From IMG/VR virus record IMGVR_UViG_2061766007_004337: a DNA stretch of 59,260 nucleotides; one strand, 5' to 3'. The stretch is from an uncultured virus (IMG/VR IMGVR_UViG_2061766007_004337) (taxonomy: Duplodnaviria; Heunggongvirae; Uroviricota; Caudoviricetes). The translations under genes and the position numbers were made by a program. The notes under the pieces were generated by a model that was not told the origin of the DNA, did no database searches, and saw only the letters and a list, made by a program, of their open reading frames with translations. Of the stretch, positions 1 through 8,163 are shown in pieces; the stretch's first letter is position 1, and the number at the start of each line of letters is the position of its first letter.

Positions 1-396
1 ATGACCGATTTAGAGACCGTCGCGGTAGACAGAATGATGGGCTACGGGCTCGGCTACATCAGGATAGCGAAGCTGACGGGGATAAGCCCCAACACCCTGA
101 AGAACTACTGCAAGACGAGAAATATCCCCGTGAAGACTGTGGAGGCGGATTCCTTCTGCGGAAACTGCGGGAAGCCCATATCCTTTTACGGCACGAGGCA
201 GAACAAGAGATTCTGCTGTGACCGCTGCCGAAACCAGTGGTGGAACGCGCACCAGGACATGGTCCGCCGTGATGCGTGGTATGAGACGGTATGCCTTCAC
301 TGCGGGAAGACGTTCCGAAGCTACGGGAACCGGAACAGAAAATACTGCTGCAGAAAATGCTATACCGACTCCCGCCGGAAGCGGGCTGACGCATGA
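1..396 (+). CDS. HTH plus double zinc-finger protein (often annotated sigma-70-like)
   Basis: N-terminal HTH (GYIRIAKLTGISPNTLKNYC), two CxxC...(F/Y)CCxxC motifs. Confidence 0.7.
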   Translation: MTDLETVAVDRMMGYGLGYIRIAKLTGISPNTLKNYCKTRNIPVKTVEADSFCGNCGKPISFYGTRQNKRFCCDRCRNQWWNAHQDMVRRDAWYETVCLHCGKTFRSYGNRNRKYCCRKCYTDSRRKRADA

Positions 397-611
397 ACGG
401 CCCTCTGAAAAACGGAAGGCTCGCCTACCGGGTGATCATGTCTCTGGCTGAAGAGATGCTGTTAGACGGCATAATAACTGAGGCGGATTACGCTGTCATC
501 AGCAACGACATCGCACAAAAATATACAGTGAACATTGGTACAATTTTCTGCGAAAAACCCTTGCTATTTGACCAAAACAGAGCGAATATGTCAGCTAACG
601 AAGGGAGATGA
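393..611 (+). CDS. Small SHOCT-like recombinase-associated protein
   Basis: MLLDGIITEADY motif; ATGA overlaps with both neighbours. Confidence 0.55.
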   Translation: MNGPLKNGRLAYRVIMSLAEEMLLDGIITEADYAVISNDIAQKYTVNIGTIFCEKPLLFDQNRANMSANEGR

Positions 612-1936
612 TGCCGTTGGCGCCTTCAATCAGAAGGGTGGATTTCGGGCCTCAGTTCCCGGCCGCGGTCACCCGGGTCGCGGCGTATGCCAGGGTCTCC
701 ACAGGAAAGGACGCGATGCTGCATTCGCTCTCCGCGCAGGTCAGCTACTACAGCAACATGATCCAAAAGCATCCCGGCTGGCTGTACTGCGGAGTATACG
801 CCGACGAGGGTATTACAGGGACGAAGGAAGACCGTGAAAACTTCTGCCGCATGATGGCGGACTGCAGAGCGGGAAAACTCGATTTGATCATTACGAAGGG
901 CATTTCCAGGCTGTCGCGCAACACGGTCACACTGCTTGAAACGGTGCGGGAGCTGAAGGAACTCGGCGTCGACGTATTCTTCGAGGAGCAGAATATCCAC
1001 ACCCTCAGCGCGGCGGGCGAACTGATGCTTACGATCCTGGCGTCCTTTGCCCAGGAAGAGAGCCGGTCCGCAAGCGACAACCAGAAATGGCGCGTTCAAA
1101 AAGCCTTTGAAAACGGAGAGCTGATGAACTGGCGATTCATGCTCGGATATCGCATTAAGGACGGCGAGGTCAGCGTTTACGAGCCTGAAGCCGCGGCGGT
1201 GAGAGAGGTGTTCCGCAGATTCATTCACGGGGCGACGATGGGCTCCCTCGCGAAATATCTGAATGAAAGCCTCGGCCGCGGCGTTCTGGGCGGGACCTGG
1301 AAGACCCAGCACGTTCATGTGCTTCTGACCAATGAGAAGTTTACCGGAAACGCGCTCCTGCAAAAAACCTTCCGGAACAACCACATCGAAAAGGCCAAGC
1401 GCCCCAACAACGGCGAGCTTCCCAGATACTACGCTGAGGGGACGCATCCGGCGATCATTGACACCGGCACCTTTCAGGCGGTGCAGGAGCGTCTGAGGGA
1501 AATAGCCGAGCAGTATAGGGACCGGCCGCACCCCTCGCGCTCCGTACTTTCCGGGCGCGTTATCTGCGGACAGTGCGGCCGTAAGTATAAACGGTCCAAG
1601 AACCACGGCAGATTCATCTGGAACTGCTCGAACTACCTGGAGCACGGGAAAGCGACCTGCCCCGGCGGGCAGATACGCGAAGACATACTGCTTTCGGCGA
1701 TCACCGAGGAGCTTGATGCCGAGGAATTCGATCCGGAAGCTTTTCAGAGTAAAATAACGGCTGTCAGGGCAGACCCGGGGCAAACGCTGGTATTCACGTT
1801 CAGCGACGGGAGAAGAAGCGTTAAACGATGGGAAAAGGCTGACAGGGCGGGAAGCTGGACGCCGGAGAAGCGTGAAAGCGCCGGCGCCAGGACCGCGGAG
1901 GCAAGGAGGAAACAGCGTGAACGGACAGAAAGCTAA
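608..1936 (+). CDS. Large serine recombinase 1
   Basis: AAYARVST catalytic Ser, SRLSRN, recombinase domain, Zn ribbon CGQCG...WNC...C. Confidence 0.92.
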   Translation: MMPLAPSIRRVDFGPQFPAAVTRVAAYARVSTGKDAMLHSLSAQVSYYSNMIQKHPGWLYCGVYADEGITGTKEDRENFCRMMADCRAGKLDLIITKGISRLSRNTVTLLETVRELKELGVDVFFEEQNIHTLSAAGELMLTILASFAQEESRSASDNQKWRVQKAFENGELMNWRFMLGYRIKDGEVSVYEPEAAAVREVFRRFIHGATMGSLAKYLNESLGRGVLGGTWKTQHVHVLLTNEKFTGNALLQKTFRNNHIEKAKRPNNGELPRYYAEGTHPAIIDTGTFQAVQERLREIAEQYRDRPHPSRSVLSGRVICGQCGRKYKRSKNHGRFIWNCSNYLEHGKATCPGGQIREDILLSAITEELDAEEFDPEAFQSKITAVRADPGQTLVFTFSDGRRSVKRWEKADRAGSWTPEKRESAGARTAEARRKQRERTES

Positions 1937-3506
1937 GAGCATAACCGTCATTCCGCAGACGATCAATCCGCTGACAAGAGCGGCGGTCACGGCGGTAAAG
2001 AAGCGCAGGGTCGGCGGTTACGCCCGCGTCAGTACGGACAGCGACGAGCAGTTCACCAGCTATGAAGCCCAGATCGATTACTACACGCAGTATATAAGGG
2101 CCCATGATAACTGGGAGTTTGTAAAAATATACCCCGACGAAGGCATTTCCGGGCTGAACACGAAGAAACGCGGCGGCTTCAACGAGATGATCGCCGACGC
2201 CCTGGCGGGGAAGCTGGATCTTATAGTCACGAAGAGCGTCTCGCGCTTCGCGCGCAACACGGTTGACAGCCTGACGACTATCCGAATGCTCAAGGATCAT
2301 GGTGTAGAGGTCTATTTTGAAAAAGAGAACATATGGACCTTTGACAGCAAAGGCGAGCTGCTTCTCACCATCATGTCGTCCCTTGCCCAGGAAGAAAGCC
2401 GCAGCATTTCTGAGAACGTCACATGGGGGCAGCGCAAGCGTTTTGCCGACGGCAAGGTGTCCATGCCCTATAAGCATTTCCTCGGCTATGACAGAGGGCC
2501 GGACGGAACGCCCATCATCAACCCGGAGCAGGCGGAGCTTGTCCGCCGCATTTACGATCTCTTCATGGCGGGGAAAACGCCGGGCGGTATCGCGCGCCTC
2601 CTGACGGAGGAGGGCATCCCGACTCCGGCCGGAAAGGCAAAATGGCAGGACAGCACGATCAAGAGCATCCTCACGAACGAAAAGTATAAAGGCGACGCTC
2701 GCCTTCAGAAAAAATTCACCGTGGACTATCTGCAGAAGAAGGTGAAGGTGAACGAGGGCGAGGTCCCTCAGTACTATGTTGAAAACAGCCATCCCGCCAT
2801 CATCCCTCCGGAGCTCTTCGATACGGTCCAGAAAGAGATGGCCAGAAGAAAGGCTATTGGGAGAAACTACAGCGGGACAAGCGTTTTCTCCTGCCGAATC
2901 GTCTGCGCGGACTGCGGCTCCTTCTACGGCTCCAAGGTCTGGAACAGCACCGACAGATACGCCAGGACGGTGTGGCAGTGCAACAACAAATTCCGGGCGG
3001 AGAAAAAATGCTCAACGCCGCACATCCCGGAGGATGAGATCAAGCGCCGGTTTCTCACGGCCTTCAACCAGCTGATCCCCGACCGGGAGGAGCTGATAGA
3101 GGGCTGCAGACTCATTCAGAGCAGACTTACAGACTGCGGAGAGATCGATGAGAAGCTGAGGGCGGTCTACTCGGAGATGGAGGTCGTCGGAGAAATGGTT
3201 CGCCAGCTGGTCGATGAGAACAGCAGGGCGTCGCAGGATCAGGACGATTATCAGGAGAGGTATGGTGGGCTGAACCGCCGGTACTCCGCGCTGCAGAAAA
3301 AGAGATCGGCCCTGGAAACGGCACGCACGGCAAGGGTCGCCAAGATGGAAGCCCTGGACAGGTATATCGCCCAGCTCGAGACGAGGGACGGCCCGCTGGT
3401 ACATTTCGACGGAAGACTGTGGCTGGAATCCATCGATCGCGCAACGGTCTATCATGACGGCCGGATCGTGTTCCGGTTTATAGACGGAACAGAGATCCCC
3501 GGATAA
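1917..3506 (+). CDS. Large serine recombinase 2
   Basis: GYARVSTD, SRFARN, Zn ribbon, coiled coil; GTG start at 1917 after AGGAGG. Confidence 0.93.
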   Translation: MNGQKAKSITVIPQTINPLTRAAVTAVKKRRVGGYARVSTDSDEQFTSYEAQIDYYTQYIRAHDNWEFVKIYPDEGISGLNTKKRGGFNEMIADALAGKLDLIVTKSVSRFARNTVDSLTTIRMLKDHGVEVYFEKENIWTFDSKGELLLTIMSSLAQEESRSISENVTWGQRKRFADGKVSMPYKHFLGYDRGPDGTPIINPEQAELVRRIYDLFMAGKTPGGIARLLTEEGIPTPAGKAKWQDSTIKSILTNEKYKGDARLQKKFTVDYLQKKVKVNEGEVPQYYVENSHPAIIPPELFDTVQKEMARRKAIGRNYSGTSVFSCRIVCADCGSFYGSKVWNSTDRYARTVWQCNNKFRAEKKCSTPHIPEDEIKRRFLTAFNQLIPDREELIEGCRLIQSRLTDCGEIDEKLRAVYSEMEVVGEMVRQLVDENSRASQDQDDYQERYGGLNRRYSALQKKRSALETARTARVAKMEALDRYIAQLETRDGPLVHFDGRLWLESIDRATVYHDGRIVFRFIDGTEIPG

Positions 3507-3569
3507 GAAAAGCACGTCTTCAGAGGGATAGATAGGGTTAGCCAGGTTTGCGAAAAGGCGGTGACGGTA

Positions 3570-3788
3570 ATGAAAAGCAGAGAGGGAAAGATCCTGCGCC
3601 AGCGGCGGCTGGAGCTTGGACTCACACAGGAAGAAGTCGCGCTGGAGCTGCAGATGAGCATCCACCAGTACCAGAGATATGAATACGGGGACTCCGTTTT
3701 CTCCAACTGCCCGATGCGGATAGGACTGCGTATCTGTGCCGTGCTCGAACTCGACCCCTACGAGGTGGTCTTTGAAAACCGACTGTAG
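3570..3788 (+). CDS. XRE-family HTH transcriptional regulator
   Basis: LRQRRLELGLTQEEVALEL...YQRYEYG; ATG at 3570. Confidence 0.85.
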   Translation: MKSREGKILRQRRLELGLTQEEVALELQMSIHQYQRYEYGDSVFSNCPMRIGLRICAVLELDPYEVVFENRL

Positions 3789-3806
3789 AGGAATATAACC
3801 GGGCAT

Positions 3807-3840
3807 ACTCTTCGCGTATTATTGCGAAGAGTTCTTTTTT
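3807..3840 (+). terminator. Intrinsic terminator
   Basis: ACTCTTCGC/GCGAAGAGT stem followed by a T tract. Confidence 0.75.
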
Positions 3841-3991
3841 GCATATTTATTCGGGAAATACGTCAGTGGTGACGTGGATAAGCCTCCGCTCTTATGGAAA
3901 TATGGTAGGGCCGTTATGGCCTTATCACGCTACAGAGGGGAGGTTTTTCCGTGAACAGTAATGCAAATACATGCCGTCGGGAGGTGAAGGA

Positions 3992-6184
3992 ATGGATGAC
4001 GTCAGGCGGGCTGCCCTGGAACGGGCGTCGCGGGCGAAGAAAGCGCCGGTAGGAACAAGCTTCGAGTCGGAACGGCAGCGCTCCAAGAACGCCTTAGTAA
4101 AGCAGATCTCTTCTCAGGACGGAAGGAACGTCCGCATGATCGCCGCCGCGACGGAAGCGCCGGAGGAGGAACGGATATTGCGTGTTGCCGCCTATTGTCG
4201 TGTCTCCACAGACGATATCGACCAGAAGCTGTCCATCCAGCTCCAGATCCAGCAGTACACTAAAAAGATCAAGGAGAACCCCAACTGGAGGTACGCCGGC
4301 TGCTACGTCGACGACGGTTTCTCCGGCACGAACACAGACCATCGGCAGGGCTTCCAGAAACTCATGAAGGACGCAATGGACGGAAAAATCGACATGATCA
4401 TTACGAAGGCCGTTTCCCGTTTTGCCCGTAACCTCATGGACTGCATCGGGTGGGTGGACGCGCTTCAGAATCACGATCCCCCGGTCAGAGTTTACTTCGA
4501 GCAGGAGAATCTGGACACGATGGCGCAGACCAGCGGCATTATCCTGTTCGTCCTGGCGATGGTCGCCCAGGAGGAAAGTCATATGAAGAGCGAGGCTATC
4601 CTTCTCTCCCTGGAGTGGCGCTTCAGCCGCGGCCGTTTCCTGACGCCGAGGCTCTTCGGCTATGACAAGATCGAGGTCCCGGACGGGTTCGGCGGCAAGA
4701 AAAAGATCCTTTCCGTCAACGAGACAGAAGCCCGAGTCGTGCGCTGGATGTATGCCACGCTCCTCAACGGCGGCTCTCCGGAAGAGATAGCTGAGGTACT
4801 GACAGAGATGTCCATTCCCACCGGCGGCAGACGTCGGGACGGGACGCTGAACACACATTGGACGGCCAGCAGCGTCATGGCGATCATGCGCAACGAAAAG
4901 CACTGCGGCGATGTTCTGGCCAGAAAGACATACACCCCCAACTACAAGGACCACAAGTCCAAGAGGAACAACGGCAAAAAGAACAAGTACTTCCAGGCCG
5001 ATCATCACGAGGCCATTGTGAGCCGGTCCATGTGGAACGCGGCGCAGAGGATCCTTAACAGCCGCAAATACGGTCACGAGGGCGCCTACCTTCCCATGCG
5101 GATCATAGACCACGGGGCGCTTGCGGGGTACATTTCCATGAATCGCACCTGGGCCGGTTTCGATTACGAAGACTACTATCGCGCCGGACAGATCGCCATG
5201 GGAATGCTTGACGGGACTTTGGAGGTCGACCTGGATTCCGAATACCTGCCGGAAGCCGGACGCCGGATCGGCGGACTGATGGATGACCACGGCATCGCCC
5301 AGATCGCCAGAGATCTTACCGCCGCCGAGCAGGAGATCAAAGACGAGCTTGAAGGAAAGGCGGAAGAAACAGCAGATATTCAGACGAAGGAGGATGCGGC
5401 CAGGGCCTTCCAGGTAGTCAGCGGAGATATGTTCTCCCGCGTTCACGAGCCGGTAGTGCGGATCACGACGAAAGGGATCACATTCAATCAGAGCTGTGTT
5501 TCAAAGCTTCCCGGAACAGAGACCGTTGAGTTTCTGTTCAATCCTGTGGAACGCATGGCGGTGGTTCGCCCCTGCAGGCCGGATCATCCCAACGCCATCC
5601 CCTGGGGTGCAAAGTACAAAAGCGCCGCTCCGCTCTGCAAGGTGATCTATGACACAATGGGCTGGGATGCTGACTATTCCTTCCGCATTCCCTGTCAGAC
5701 GCTCACCGACCCCGGTGCAGCATCGTTCGGCAGCACCGTCCTTGTCTTTGATCTGGACAACTACATGGGCCGCGCCATAAGCAAAAAAGAAGAAGTGATC
5801 GTTGCGCGCCAGGAAGCCGAGGCCGCCGCTGACCAGCGGGAAGACGCAAAAAGCTATTATTACCCTCCGGACGAAGAGGAACCGCAGGAGATCAAGGATA
5901 TGGAGGAGAAATTCCAACAGGCTGTCGAAGCCAACAAAAAGCTCTTCGGTATCCCAGTTTTCCGGCATGAGTCGGGGGCCCGCGGTCTGGGCTCAGTCGG
6001 TGACGGCGGCGAATGGGATATGATGACGGAAGCCCGTCCCCTGGACATTACCCACACAATGGATACCGGCGTCGTCGACGATCTTCTCCTGGAGATCATG
6101 GAGGATCCGCCCACTCTGCCTCAGAGTTCACCGGCCTTCTCCGCTGACGCCATCGTCGTTGAAAGCACCGGAGAGGAGGTCTGA
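3992..6184 (+). CDS. Large serine recombinase 3 with extra C-terminal domain
   Basis: AAYCRVST, SRFARN, recombinase domain; no Zn ribbon; ATG at 3992 after GGAGGTGA. Confidence 0.88.
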   Translation: MDDVRRAALERASRAKKAPVGTSFESERQRSKNALVKQISSQDGRNVRMIAAATEAPEEERILRVAAYCRVSTDDIDQKLSIQLQIQQYTKKIKENPNWRYAGCYVDDGFSGTNTDHRQGFQKLMKDAMDGKIDMIITKAVSRFARNLMDCIGWVDALQNHDPPVRVYFEQENLDTMAQTSGIILFVLAMVAQEESHMKSEAILLSLEWRFSRGRFLTPRLFGYDKIEVPDGFGGKKKILSVNETEARVVRWMYATLLNGGSPEEIAEVLTEMSIPTGGRRRDGTLNTHWTASSVMAIMRNEKHCGDVLARKTYTPNYKDHKSKRNNGKKNKYFQADHHEAIVSRSMWNAAQRILNSRKYGHEGAYLPMRIIDHGALAGYISMNRTWAGFDYEDYYRAGQIAMGMLDGTLEVDLDSEYLPEAGRRIGGLMDDHGIAQIARDLTAAEQEIKDELEGKAEETADIQTKEDAARAFQVVSGDMFSRVHEPVVRITTKGITFNQSCVSKLPGTETVEFLFNPVERMAVVRPCRPDHPNAIPWGAKYKSAAPLCKVIYDTMGWDADYSFRIPCQTLTDPGAASFGSTVLVFDLDNYMGRAISKKEEVIVARQEAEAAADQREDAKSYYYPPDEEEPQEIKDMEEKFQQAVEANKKLFGIPVFRHESGARGLGSVGDGGEWDMMTEARPLDITHTMDTGVVDDLLLEIMEDPPTLPQSSPAFSADAIVVESTGEEV

Positions 6185-6187
6185 TAC

Positions 6188-7012
6188 ATGCAGACGTCAC
6201 GAGATCCTGCCAGGAGCAGACCCCTTTCCGCAAATGTGAAGCGACTGATGCGCCTTGCGAGATCCTCCCCGAAGAACAGCAAGGTGGTGAAGGTCACCCG
6301 GGATTTTACAGCCCGGGACGTTGCGTACTGCCGGAATCAGGGCAACATTTTCATGGAAGCTGCATCAATGGGCTTCTCCATGGCAGACTTTGCGCCGACG
6401 TTCATGACCAGTCAGCTTGCCGGAGTATTCGACGTGAGCTTCGCGGCGGCGAACGGCATGGAAAATGACAAGCTCTCCAATCTGCTCCGCATCCCCATGC
6501 TGCTCAAAAGTCCGGAGGCGATCGTTGAGAGTCTGTACTGGATCGACGATATCGTATCGAATGCCGAGGACGGGCAGAACAAGAGCCTGCTTCTCTCACA
6601 GGCCTACGAGTCAGAGCAGCTGAGACTCCCGGCCGCGCTGGCGGAGCTGCCGGAGGAGCCGAACCGGAACGTGGACGAGCTGTCCTACGCCTATTGGCTC
6701 GGATACATTTACCGGTGCGAGTGTCTTCTCCACGAAGAATCCAGCCGCATGGTCTACGGCGCGTTCGAAGAGCCGCTCATGCGCAGAGCCTATGCTGAAC
6801 TGCTCCGCAGCCCCATGGGAAAGCTTGACCTGATGGACAGCGCCCTGAATATCTGCGCAGAACTGGATCGGCTCCTGGTCGAGAAGATTTGGCCGGAGAA
6901 GTCAAAGCAGCACCGAAAGCTTCAGGACAAAGAACTGGAGCGGCCCATCCATCGCGTCAGCAGTCCGGCAATGATCAGTTCCGCCGAATATAGAGAGAAT
7001 GGAGGTATTTGA
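6188..7012 (+). CDS. Hypothetical protein (possibly antitoxin-like, YWLGYIYR motif)
   Basis: 274-aa ORF, GAGGAGG RBS, tight operon spacing. Confidence 0.6.
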   Translation: MQTSRDPARSRPLSANVKRLMRLARSSPKNSKVVKVTRDFTARDVAYCRNQGNIFMEAASMGFSMADFAPTFMTSQLAGVFDVSFAAANGMENDKLSNLLRIPMLLKSPEAIVESLYWIDDIVSNAEDGQNKSLLLSQAYESEQLRLPAALAELPEEPNRNVDELSYAYWLGYIYRCECLLHEESSRMVYGAFEEPLMRRAYAELLRSPMGKLDLMDSALNICAELDRLLVEKIWPEKSKQHRKLQDKELERPIHRVSSPAMISSAEYRENGGI

Positions 7013-7791
7013 TGGTGGATAACAATCAATCTTGGCAACAGCACCGCCAGAACTTTCGCCCCAGTCCGCCGGGTCTGCAACGGACCCCTTTCCCCGCCGC
7101 CCCGCTGCCTGGGCAGGCCCCGGGGATGGGCGGTCTTTCCCGCGAAGAACGGCAGGAGGCAAAGCGTATCGCCGAGGAGGCCAGCTTCAGCTTCGAAGGC
7201 TACCAGGTCGTAAGAAGAGAGTTTATATCCCATCGCTTTGACCCGGCGATGACGATCCGCGGCAACAGCATCACGTTCAACAATTCGTGCATCAGCAAGC
7301 TCGAGGACGCGACGTACATCCAGTTCCTGATCAATCCCACGGAGAGGAAGCTTGCGATCCGGCCCTGTGACGAAGGCGCCCGTGACGCCGTGCGCTGGTG
7401 CGTCGTAAAGGGCGACAAGCGTAAAAGCCGTGAGATCTCCTGCAGACCGTTCACCACGAAGCTTTATGATCTGATGGGCTGGGAGGAGATCTACAGATAC
7501 AAGCTGCAGGGCATGCGGATCAATTACCAGGGAGAAAGCCTGTATCTTTTCGACCTGAGCTCAAAGGAGGCGTTCCTGCCTCAGAGCCGTGACCCGGAGA
7601 CCGGGAAGATCAAGCGATCCGGCCCCATCATGTCACCCGAATGGCTTGAGTCCTTCGGGCTCGGCGTCGAAGAGCACAAGGCGTCCACACAGATCGATCT
7701 GACAGACGGTTTTATTACCTCTGACCTGGGCGCTGACGCTCCCCCGGAGGGTCAACAGCCTGTAAATGACGATGCAAAGGAGATCATATAA
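7012..7791 (+). CDS. Recombinase-associated conserved hypothetical protein
   Basis: GGAGG RBS, TGATG overlap; domain similar to the C-terminus of recombinase 3. Confidence 0.75.
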   Translation: MVDNNQSWQQHRQNFRPSPPGLQRTPFPAAPLPGQAPGMGGLSREERQEAKRIAEEASFSFEGYQVVRREFISHRFDPAMTIRGNSITFNNSCISKLEDATYIQFLINPTERKLAIRPCDEGARDAVRWCVVKGDKRKSREISCRPFTTKLYDLMGWEEIYRYKLQGMRINYQGESLYLFDLSSKEAFLPQSRDPETGKIKRSGPIMSPEWLESFGLGVEEHKASTQIDLTDGFITSDLGADAPPEGQQPVNDDAKEII

Positions 7792-8145
7792 ATGAGCGAC
7801 CAAATCATACTGACGCTTAACCTGACGGAAGACTCCATTCTCCTCAACGAAGGTCTGCTGAACGCGCTGGACTGGCCGCGTCAGATCCAGATCATGATCA
7901 ACAAGACAGAAAAAATGCTGCTGCTCCGCGCCTGCGATATCGACGCCCAGCAGGCTGTCGTGATCCCGGACGACCGCACCGAGCGATGCGAGATCAGCGG
8001 AAGGATACTGCTGAGGCAGATTCGTCAGATGGTCGGCTGGGAGGACGAGCGCCCGAGAATGTGCTACGGCGAATATGTCCCCGCACACCAGGCGGTTTTC
8101 TTCGACTTGAAGACGGCGCAGGCACTCGACGTGGATCAGCAGTAA
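7792..8145 (+). CDS. Hypothetical protein, paralog of the upstream domain
   Basis: Abuts the previous stop; IQIMINKTEKMLLLRAC resembles IQFLINPTERKLAIRPC. Confidence 0.7.
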   Translation: MSDQIILTLNLTEDSILLNEGLLNALDWPRQIQIMINKTEKMLLLRACDIDAQQAVVIPDDRTERCEISGRILLRQIRQMVGWEDERPRMCYGEYVPAHQAVFFDLKTAQALDVDQQ

Positions 8146-8163
8146 GACGCAAGGAGGTTGCAA

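Larger units (their letters stand above)
1..3506 (+). mobile_element. Integration module (Zn-finger/HTH gene, small gene, two large serine recombinases) of a prophage-like element probably extending left of the window
   Basis: Overlapping gene chain typical of clostridial prophage ends; carries the same upstream motif as the prophage at 38-42 kb. Confidence 0.6.
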
